Shown: piece by piece, positions 38,475-46,364 of the stretch
Layout: each line of letters starts with the position of its first letter
How positions within the stretch are numbered: position 1 is the first letter of the stretch
Assembly: GCA_000806015.1 (NCBI GenBank)
Contig: JWKY01000008.1
Coordinates: forward strand, 1-48,218
Direction of reading: 5' to 3'
Source of the DNA: an archaeon GW2011_AR19
GTDB lineage: Archaea; Nanobdellota; Nanobdellia; Pacearchaeales; GW2011-AR1
Length of the DNA stretch: 48,218 nucleotides
The notes under the pieces: generated by a model
Seen by the model: the letters and a program-made list of their open reading frames with translations, nothing else
What the model was told of the DNA's origin: nothing
Database searches by the model: none
Made by a program: the position numbers and the translations under genes

Positions 38475-39269
38475 TTATCTTTTTTTATTCCTCTCAAAGT
38501 TTTCTTCCCTCTCTTCCTTAAAACAAATATTTTTATATTCGCACCAGTTGCACAATACTGACCTGTTTCTTGGAAATTCTTTTGTAGATTCAACTTTTTT
38601 AATTAATTCAATAGTTTCTTTTTTTAAATTTTCAAGCTGTGAATTTGTTCTTTTTGATTTTATTATTTTATTGTGCGCCAAAAAATGCCAAACTAAAAGA
38701 ACTTCTTTATCTTTGCCATAAATTTCTTTTATCGCTAAGGAATACAGCGCCAATTGTCTTTCTTTATCAAAGTGTTCTTGTTTTGGAAGAAGATTTCCTG
38801 TTTTATAGTCGTGAATTTCGTATTCTCCTGTTTCTAAATTATAAACTAATCTGTCAATAAATCCCTGAATTTTATATTCTTCGCCGTCTAATTCTATTAA
38901 TATTCTTTTTTCGCATTCAATTGTTCCGTCTTTAAATGGATAGTGTTTAGAATAATAATCAATTAAAAAATGCACACCTTTATTAAAATAATCTCTTGCA
39001 GTAAATTGTTTTTTTACTATTAAAATATTTTCTGAAAATTCTTTTTGCCATTCTTCCGTATATTTCACGATTATATCGTCTATTTTTAAGTCTTGATTTA
39101 TTTCTTTGATATTGCTATAAATCCATTCTAATGTTTTATGCACCGCGCTTCCTAAATGCGTTTCAATTGTTTTTTCTATTTCAGGTTTTATTTTGTCAAG
39201 ATATTTGTATTTGAATTTTTTTGGGCATTGTTCAAAAGCGCTTAGTCTTGAATGAGAATAGATTGTCAT
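38475..39269 (-). CDS. PD-(D/E)XK nuclease, RecB/Cas4-like, standalone
   Basis: SHSRL..FEQCP, GSAVH, GFIDRL..IHDYKTG, QLALY, C-terminal CNWCEYKNIC. Confidence 0.88.
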   Translation of the reverse strand: MTIYSHSRLSAFEQCPKKFKYKYLDKIKPEIEKTIETHLGSAVHKTLEWIYSNIKEINQDLKIDDIIVKYTEEWQKEFSENILIVKKQFTARDYFNKGVHFLIDYYSKHYPFKDGTIECEKRILIELDGEEYKIQGFIDRLVYNLETGEYEIHDYKTGNLLPKQEHFDKERQLALYSLAIKEIYGKDKEVLLVWHFLAHNKIIKSKRTNSQLENLKKETIELIKKVESTKEFPRNRSVLCNWCEYKNICFKEEREENFERNKKR

Positions 39270-39361
39270 TTTTTAAAAAAGAGAAAGAGGATTATAAAGT
39301 TTATTGATGTGTTAATTTTTGTTGATTAAGAAAAAGCTTTTTTAAGGATTATTGTATTTAA

Positions 39362-39564
39362 GGCTCTGTTGAAAATCTAAATTTTTTTAGTTTTGAGTTC
39401 AAATAACTCCCGACCCCGATTTCTACCTTTTACAAATAGCCTTCGGAATTAATTGAAATCAAAGTCGCTCGCCCACTCCACCTCGATTATCGTTGAAACC
39501 CGCCCTTTATTTTTACGATGAATTTCCAAAGAAGTTACGAACTCAAAACTTTTTCAACAGAGCC
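39362..39564. mobile_element. 203-bp MITE with IS5/IS903-like ends and 9-bp target duplication
   Basis: TIR GGCTCTGTTGAAAA/TTTTCAACAGAGCC; TGTATTTAA on both flanks (39353-39361, 39565-39573); contains a Family B repeat. Confidence 0.9.
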
Positions 39565-39636
39565 TGTATTTAATTTATTCCAATATTTCTACTCGATCAC
39601 TTGAAAGTCGTTAGAATAAAATAAAATTTCTCGCTT

Positions 39637-40842
39637 TCAAATAATCTCGCCGAATCCAATTAATCTCCAATGTCCTTTAAGATTTCTTGCAAGCCCGACG
39701 TTGTTTCCTTTTAGCGCAACTATTGGAATATTTAATGATACTTCTATTTCACTTGCGCCATTTAGGGTATCATTTTTTATTTTTTCAACAATTCCGACAG
39801 TGATTGTTGTATTGACGCTCATCATAAGCATTTCTTTTGTTTTTATTGGCTCGACCGGGTTTTTATCTTCTGTTCCTAAAATTTCTTTAAAAAGTTTTGT
39901 TTTTATTTTTGTGTTATATGTTATTTCCGGAAGTTTTCCTTTAAGAGAAACAATGCACCCGGTTAATGAATCTGATTTTGTTAAAATCGGGTCAAGATTT
40001 GTTTCAATAGAAATGCTTGTTCCAGGAATAACTTGAGTAACTGATTGATTTCCTTTATATAAAGAAATAATTTTTGTTGTCAGTGTTTGATATATTTTGT
40101 CGTGGGCTTTTTTAATAATCATCCCGGGCTTGATTTCAATTTCATCCCCAATTTTTAATGTTCCTTGTTTTAAGATTCCTCCAAGAACTCCTCCATGCAG
40201 ATTTTTAATTTCTGTTCCCGGACGATTTATATCAAAACTTCTTGCAACTAAAAAAATAGGTTCAAGGGAAATGTCTTTTTTAGGGATTTTCAACTTTGTG
40301 AGTGTCTCTATTAATTTGTCTATATTAATTTCTTGCTGAGCTGAAATAGGAATAATCTCTGCGTTTTCAGCAATTGTGCCTTTTGTAAATTGTTTAATTT
40401 TCCGGTAATTTTCTAATGCTTTTTCCTTTGAGACTAAGTCTATTTTATTTTGAACAATAATTATATTCTCTATTTTTTTTGCTTCTAAAACCATTAAGTG
40501 TTCGCGGGTTTGAGGTTTTATTCCTTCATTTGCAGCAATAACAAGAATGGCAGCGTCAATAATTGCCGCCCCTGAAAGCATTGTTGCCATAAGCATTTCG
40601 TGCCCCGGAGTGTCAATAAAACTTATGTATCTGATTGGTCTGCCTTTTTTAAGATTATATTTTCCATTTTCTTCGTAGATTGTAGCATCAGCGTATCCTA
40701 ATTTAATTGTAATTCCTCTTTTTAATTCTTCAGAATGCGTATCTGCGAATTTTCCAGTTAGTCTGCTAAGTAAAGTTGTTTTTCCATGGTCTATATGTCC
40801 GACCATTCCAATATTTATTTCCGGCAGTTCTGATTTTTCCAT
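39637..40842 (-). CDS. eif2g: Translation initiation factor aIF2 gamma
   Basis: GHIDHGKTT, HSEELKRGITIKLGYAD, DTPGHE, QNKID, RSFDINRPG, WRLIGFG. Confidence 0.95.
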   Translation of the reverse strand: MEKSELPEINIGMVGHIDHGKTTLLSRLTGKFADTHSEELKRGITIKLGYADATIYEENGKYNLKKGRPIRYISFIDTPGHEMLMATMLSGAAIIDAAILVIAANEGIKPQTREHLMVLEAKKIENIIIVQNKIDLVSKEKALENYRKIKQFTKGTIAENAEIIPISAQQEINIDKLIETLTKLKIPKKDISLEPIFLVARSFDINRPGTEIKNLHGGVLGGILKQGTLKIGDEIEIKPGMIIKKAHDKIYQTLTTKIISLYKGNQSVTQVIPGTSISIETNLDPILTKSDSLTGCIVSLKGKLPEITYNTKIKTKLFKEILGTEDKNPVEPIKTKEMLMMSVNTTITVGIVEKIKNDTLNGASEIEVSLNIPIVALKGNNVGLARNLKGHWRLIGFGEII

Positions 40843-40919
40843 ATATTTAAGTTAATAGATTGCTTTATAATATTTTTGATTATATAAATGGTTTTAAACA
40901 GAATCTAATTGAAATTTCT

Positions 40920-41498
40920 ATGGAATTATTTAAACCATCAGAGAAAATTTTAGAGATTATTTGTTCTGATGTTGATGAATTGAGTTATTCTTATGAGATT
41001 TATCCGAAAAGAACCATGAATCTCAATGAAAGAGACGTCAGATTATTCGTGCCAAGATTGTATTCAGGGATACAGGAATTTTATGATTTGGGTCTTGAAA
41101 TACGTGTTGGAGGAAGGCTTGCCTATCAGAAAATATGGAATGTCTCGGGAGAGGCTTTAAAAAACTGCTATGATCACGGGCCTAAAAACAAGGAAGTTTT
41201 GTTTGGGTTGTTTTTGGGAGACAAGGGAGTTTGCTATGGATTTTGCGATCAGGGAGGTTATTTTAAAAATGAAAAAATAAAAAACCAGTATGAAAATAAA
41301 GTTGAAATTACTGAATTTAATAAAAGAACTTTAAAAGATAATCATCAGTCCGGAGTTAATGAAAATATTTTCTGTTACTCAGATTTTATTGAAGTTGATT
41401 CTGAAAAAGGAATTTTATATTGTGTTCAGTTAAAAGAAAATATTATTGCTCCTGAAGGAGAAAAAGGAAATTCGTATTTTTTTAAAAGAGATGGATGA
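40920..41498 (+). CDS. HATPase_c-like (GHKL) single-domain protein
   Basis: EALKNCYDHG (N-box-like), DQGGYF (G1-like); start reassigned to ATG 40920. Confidence 0.55.
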   Translation: MELFKPSEKILEIICSDVDELSYSYEIYPKRTMNLNERDVRLFVPRLYSGIQEFYDLGLEIRVGGRLAYQKIWNVSGEALKNCYDHGPKNKEVLFGLFLGDKGVCYGFCDQGGYFKNEKIKNQYENKVEITEFNKRTLKDNHQSGVNENIFCYSDFIEVDSEKGILYCVQLKENIIAPEGEKGNSYFFKRDG

Positions 41499-41539
41499 AT
41501 AGGTTATTAAATTGCAGAATTAGTTTTTAAGGTTTGGGA

Positions 41540-41950
41540 TTAATTTGATTTCTCATAATTTTTCATAGAAATTGTTAAATCATCATTGATTTTTTTAGCC
41601 CAGGGTCTATTCCAGTTTCCACAATCACATCTTTCTCCATATATTTTTAATATTCTATCATTACAGATTTCTTCATTCTTCTGAATTTGCTTGATTGTCA
41701 AACTTTTTTCTAAACTAATTAGATTAATAATTTTATCATAATTATCCAGACACCTTTCTCTAAATGCATAATTATTTTTTTCCTTCCCTTTTTTATATAA
41801 TTCAAATGCTTTATTAAACCACCCTTGTTTTTTAGCGATTTTTCCTGCAAGAAAAAAATATCCTGCTTTTTCAGCTAAAGAAATTCCTTTTTTTATTTTT
41901 CTTTTATTATATGATTCAGATATTTTATTTAATAATTTTTTAAGTGTCAT
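41540..41950 (-). CDS. hypothetical protein
   Basis: 136-aa ORF closely spaced with upstream ORFs. Confidence 0.55.
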   Translation of the reverse strand: MTLKKLLNKISESYNKRKIKKGISLAEKAGYFFLAGKIAKKQGWFNKAFELYKKGKEKNNYAFRERCLDNYDKIINLISLEKSLTIKQIQKNEEICNDRILKIYGERCDCGNWNRPWAKKINDDLTISMKNYEKSN

Positions 41951-41951
41951 T

Positions 41952-42305
41952 TTAATTTTTTGAAAATATTTTATATATTAAATTTTTTAATTTTTCATTT
42001 TTGTCGTCTTTAATAATTTTGTTAAAAAAATCAATTGCCTTATTTTTATTAAATCCACTATAAATTACTTCTATCCCATCTTCCATCTTATTTTCAATAA
42101 ACTTATTGTCTTTTATAATATGATAAATATCTTTTGAAATGACTACTTCATATGCCCCTGAATTAAGTTGTTTAACCAGATTAACTCGTTTTTCATAAAG
42201 AGGATACTCTCTGGTATTTACTTTCAAAATGCCGAGTTTTTTTCCAATTCCTTTATCTTTGAGAATTTCTAGTCCGTTAAAAAAATTTTCAAATGTTTTT
42301 GTCAT
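41952..42305 (-). CDS. hypothetical protein
   Basis: 117-aa ORF, 1-nt spacing to neighbours. Confidence 0.55.
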   Translation of the reverse strand: MTKTFENFFNGLEILKDKGIGKKLGILKVNTREYPLYEKRVNLVKQLNSGAYEVVISKDIYHIIKDNKFIENKMEDGIEVIYSGFNKNKAIDFFNKIIKDDKNEKLKNLIYKIFSKN

Positions 42306-42306
42306 T

Positions 42307-42789
42307 TTAAATTATTTTTGAATCTGGATTTATTTCTTTGATTATTTTTGCTAATCCTGAAGATTTTACTTTTTCTTCAGTCCAAAAAGAATTTGCTCGG
42401 GTGTTTCCCATCGGAACACCATCAAATATACAGCATTCTGACCCCCCTCTATACACATTATACATAAAAGAAGTTGATACGCCTGTTACTGGATCGATCA
42501 TATTAATATTTCTTTCTGTTGGTGTTATAAAATATATAACCCCTTTGACTTTTCTTGAAAGTGTTCCATATTCTTTTAAAAGGTTTTCTGGTAATTTTTG
42601 ATCAGGCCCTTCATAAATTACTTGTTTCTTTTTATCTAAATATTTTACAATTTCTATCTTTTCTATGCTTTCTGGGACTCCTCTATATAATCCTCCTTGT
42701 CCAAACATATCAATCCCTTTTATTCTTTCAAATAGTTCTGAACTTTCTGGATATTCTGCTGGAATAAATATTTTAATTTCATTTGTCAT
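42307..42789 (-). CDS. hypothetical protein
   Basis: 160-aa ORF in an apparent operon. Confidence 0.6.
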   Translation of the reverse strand: MTNEIKIFIPAEYPESSELFERIKGIDMFGQGGLYRGVPESIEKIEIVKYLDKKKQVIYEGPDQKLPENLLKEYGTLSRKVKGVIYFITPTERNINMIDPVTGVSTSFMYNVYRGGSECCIFDGVPMGNTRANSFWTEEKVKSSGLAKIIKEINPDSKII

Positions 42790-43040
42790 TTTATTTATTT
42801 TGCATTCTATTATAATTTTGTTTTATTTTATACTCTGGATTTTTATGATTCTCTATTTTATTCTCGGTTTTTTCTCTTGGAGTGTTAACTATTCTATTGA
42901 TTTTCTCAAAGAATTTATCAATGTAATATTTTCCAGGCGCTGTAAAATGTTCTATGTGGTTTGTCATAATCTATATAGAAAAAAGAACTATTTAAATCTT
43001 TTGATTATTGTAACTTAAGAATAATAACACTTGTGAGATT

Positions 43041-43268
43041 TTAATTATAAGCCCGATGTGTCTCCCAAAATTCAATATTTGGATTTTGTGTCTTTTTGGC
43101 TTGGTCGCCATACATTAATTCAGAAAGAACATAATTCTTGTTAGACTGCGAGTCTTTAATAATTTTTTCAGAACTAACTCTTCTTCCTTTAACCATAAGG
43201 TCTGTATTTGAATATAGCTTTTTCATTTCTCTTTCAAATTCATCTTGATTAAATTCTTGGGTTGTCAT
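43041..43268 (-). CDS. hypothetical protein
   Basis: 75-aa ORF directly downstream of rps6e. Confidence 0.5.
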   Translation of the reverse strand: MTTQEFNQDEFEREMKKLYSNTDLMVKGRRVSSEKIIKDSQSNKNYVLSELMYGDQAKKTQNPNIEFWETHRAYN

Positions 43269-43273
43269 TTTAT

Positions 43274-43720
43274 TTATTTTTTCTCTTCTGATTTAGCAGA
43301 TACAAAAATTTCTTCCAAGGGTTTTTTTCCTTCCTTAATAATTTTCAAATTAATTTGGACAATATCCGGGCTTATTACTCTTCCGCGAACTGTTTTTCTT
43401 AATCTTAATCCTTTTGGAGTGTAATCAGATCTTTTTCTTTTTCCTTCTCGTCTTGGGCGTTTTTTCATTCCTTTTTCATAGCTCAATAAGGCTCTTCCTA
43501 ATCCCGTTCCAGGAATAGATTCTAATGCAGTAAATCCTGCTTTGTCGCTTGCGCCAGTTATTTCAAATTCATAATCTTCAAGAGATTTTAATTCTGAAGC
43601 TAAATCAAGATCTTTTCCTAAAATTTTCTGGTGAAGCTCTTTTCCTTCTACGCCTTTAGCTTCTGTTTCTAATTTGTATGTTTTTCCGCTTTTAGTTCCG
43701 ATATTTATTTTGAAAACCAT
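43274..43720 (-). CDS. rps6e: 30S ribosomal protein S6e
   Basis: FEITGASDKAGF, GLRLRKTVRG..I..DIVQINLK. Confidence 0.93.
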   Translation of the reverse strand: MVFKINIGTKSGKTYKLETEAKGVEGKELHQKILGKDLDLASELKSLEDYEFEITGASDKAGFTALESIPGTGLGRALLSYEKGMKKRPRREGKRKRSDYTPKGLRLRKTVRGRVISPDIVQINLKIIKEGKKPLEEIFVSAKSEEKK

Positions 43721-43801
43721 AAAAATTAATGTTCTTCAAGGTTTTTAAAGATTGTCCATTAATATAATAATTAATATAAAGCAGGTTTTTGATGGGAATT
43801 T

Positions 43802-46258
43802 ATGGGTTTTTGGATTAATAATTTTGCAGAGTTTGAGAGAAAGCAAAAACGCAAGAATCGCTTAATTTTAAATTTTTCATATATTTCTAATTCTTCAGAA
43901 CGCAAAAATGTTAAGGTTTTTGTTGAGCAAAATGTAAAAGTTCCAACAAAATTTATTAACCAATACCTTAGCAAAGAAATTCTTAGCTCTTTTGCCGGAA
44001 ATAATAATTTTGAAGATTTAACTATTCAGAAAAAATCAAGAGGAAAATTTGATGTTTTGAGCATAGAAGTCCCAAACGACAGGGCTTTTTTAAACAAACT
44101 TCCTAATTATTTTCAGATAGGAAATTACGACAAATTATTAAGATTTGGGGGAGCTTATCCGGATAGAAAAATTATTCTAAATAGCAAACTTGAAAAATTA
44201 TTCGGAGAAAATTCAGAAATTGAATTAAAAGATTTATCTGGAATAAGTTTTGGAGATTTTTTAAATGAAAAAGAACTTAATTCTCTTCCCTACATAGTTC
44301 TTGATATAGAGAAGCCGTTATGGAAAAAAGATTTTGAAAAAAGAGAACTTAAATGGAGAGAGAATATATTAAAAGCTGAGAAAAAATATTCTAAACTTCC
44401 TGGAGCAGAGCAAGAAGCTCAAAAAAAGAAACATGAGCAAAGACAGAGAATTATAAAAAATTTAGAAGATAAATTAACAATTGAGGTTGAGGGGGTTGGA
44501 AAAGTTAAGCTGTATGAGGAAAATTTTAATTCAGAAGTTTCTTATGTAGGCACAATCTGGGGAAAAGGAAAAAAGAAGAAAAAAGAAATGTATATAATTG
44601 ATCCTAAAGATGAAATTATTTGCAAAAGATATAATGGTTTTAAAATTCTTAAATTTAAAAATGAAAAAGAATTAATCTCGGGATTTTTAGATTCTTTGCA
44701 CAAGAGAAATCCGATTATTTCTTATGGTCATAATCAGGTTTATGATATAACTCAATTAAGATTTGCGTCAGAAGATAATAAAATTATTTATGATCCTGCG
44801 GTTAAAGAAATAAAGCCAAGAAGAGATTTTGTAAGAAGTTTTTTGCAGAGGCTTAGAGAAGATATGATTTATCTTGATACTTTGTGGCTTTCAAAAATTT
44901 TTTATCCGTATCTATCTCAAAAAAGATTTGACACAAGCCATAAATTAGCAGGTGTTGCGCAGTTTCTTGATATTGATTTTACTAAATCACAAACTCATGA
45001 AGAATTAAGGATTACTGAACTTAAGAGATTAGTTGGAGAAACAAAAGAAATTAGAAAAAAAGCCATTGATGATATGTTATTTTATTCATGCGGGGATTTA
45101 GATGTCACACAAGAAATAGTTAATAGAATTAATTTCTTGCCTTTGCTTGTAAAAATGAAAGAGATTCTGCCTTTTTCCACTTTAAGCGAGATTGCTTTTT
45201 CAACAAATTCTATGAATAAACTTCATGAATTTAATCATTTTAAAAAAAATGGAAATCTCCCGTATTATGGATATGCATCAAAAGAAAGACAGGACAAACT
45301 GCAAATTTTTAAAAAAAGATTTGTCAGCATAAAAAAAGAATTATTGGGATGGGCTAAATTTAAAAAAGCAGATAAAGGAGAGTATGAAAATATCCAGGAG
45401 TTTTATCTGCCGTTGGAAGATTGGACTAAAGACGCTGCATTTAAAATAAATCCTGAATTAGAAAAAGCATATAATGAAACTAAAAATAATAAAAATGAAA
45501 ATTTTGCTTTTTTGCAATATCTCAAATCTTATATGAAAGAAATTTTTGCAGATTATTATTTTGTCAGAAGAGATGAAAAAATTTATCAATTTACTAAAAA
45601 TTTTCTTAAATTAGATAATAATGCGCTTAATGAAAATTTTAATAAAATAAAAAATAGTTTTGGCGAGGAAAATTTAAATAAAGTTATTGGTTCATTTAGA
45701 TATTTAAAAAATCATTTTAGGAGCATTTATGCTTCTTTAGAAGGCAAAGATAGAGCAATAATAAGACCTGTGCAGACATCTATTCAGGGAAATCTTTTTG
45801 AATCAGGGTTTCCTAAAATAATGGAAAAGGATTCTGACATTTTTCTTTTGAAAGAAAATTCAGAAAGCATTAGAAAAAATTTATCCCCTGCAAACGCAAG
45901 AAATCTTAATTCTTTTTTAGAAAATTTTGAAACTTTTGAAGGTTATTTAAATTCAAGCGCAAATGGTTTGTTCACCAACAAGGAGGGTGACGAGACCAAT
46001 TCAAAGGATTTAATTTATTCATATATTTATTTTAATAGATTTTCTTCCGGCAGTAAAAAATTTTTTGGAGTTTATGGAGTTTCTATTGATGAACTAAATG
46101 ATAAAATTTCAAAAGGATATGAAAGTTTATTTGAAGAAATAACTCGAAAAAATTTGAAGTTTCTTGATAATATCGGCGATTATATTTTTGTTCAAGGAAA
46201 AGGAGAGCTAAATTCTGCTGTAAAAATAAGGGATTTGGAAAAGTTTGTTGTTGAGTGA
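43802..46258 (+). CDS. Large protein with family-B-like DEDD 3'-5' exonuclease domain; no intact polymerase motifs
   Basis: VLDIEK (ExoI), GHNQVYDITQL (ExoII), YLDTL, HKLAGVAQFL, YSCGDLD (ExoIII). Confidence 0.7.
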   Translation: MGFWINNFAEFERKQKRKNRLILNFSYISNSSERKNVKVFVEQNVKVPTKFINQYLSKEILSSFAGNNNFEDLTIQKKSRGKFDVLSIEVPNDRAFLNKLPNYFQIGNYDKLLRFGGAYPDRKIILNSKLEKLFGENSEIELKDLSGISFGDFLNEKELNSLPYIVLDIEKPLWKKDFEKRELKWRENILKAEKKYSKLPGAEQEAQKKKHEQRQRIIKNLEDKLTIEVEGVGKVKLYEENFNSEVSYVGTIWGKGKKKKKEMYIIDPKDEIICKRYNGFKILKFKNEKELISGFLDSLHKRNPIISYGHNQVYDITQLRFASEDNKIIYDPAVKEIKPRRDFVRSFLQRLREDMIYLDTLWLSKIFYPYLSQKRFDTSHKLAGVAQFLDIDFTKSQTHEELRITELKRLVGETKEIRKKAIDDMLFYSCGDLDVTQEIVNRINFLPLLVKMKEILPFSTLSEIAFSTNSMNKLHEFNHFKKNGNLPYYGYASKERQDKLQIFKKRFVSIKKELLGWAKFKKADKGEYENIQEFYLPLEDWTKDAAFKINPELEKAYNETKNNKNENFAFLQYLKSYMKEIFADYYFVRRDEKIYQFTKNFLKLDNNALNENFNKIKNSFGEENLNKVIGSFRYLKNHFRSIYASLEGKDRAIIRPVQTSIQGNLFESGFPKIMEKDSDIFLLKENSESIRKNLSPANARNLNSFLENFETFEGYLNSSANGLFTNKEGDETNSKDLIYSYIYFNRFSSGSKKFFGVYGVSIDELNDKISKGYESLFEEITRKNLKFLDNIGDYIFVQGKGELNSAVKIRDLEKFVVE

Positions 46259-46364
46259 ATTTTACATCCATCTCAGTCATTGAAAATAATCTTTTTAAAA
46301 AAGATTAGACAAAACCAGAATTTTACCAAGAGGCCGTTATTGGTTTGATAGATTTTGTCGCTGT

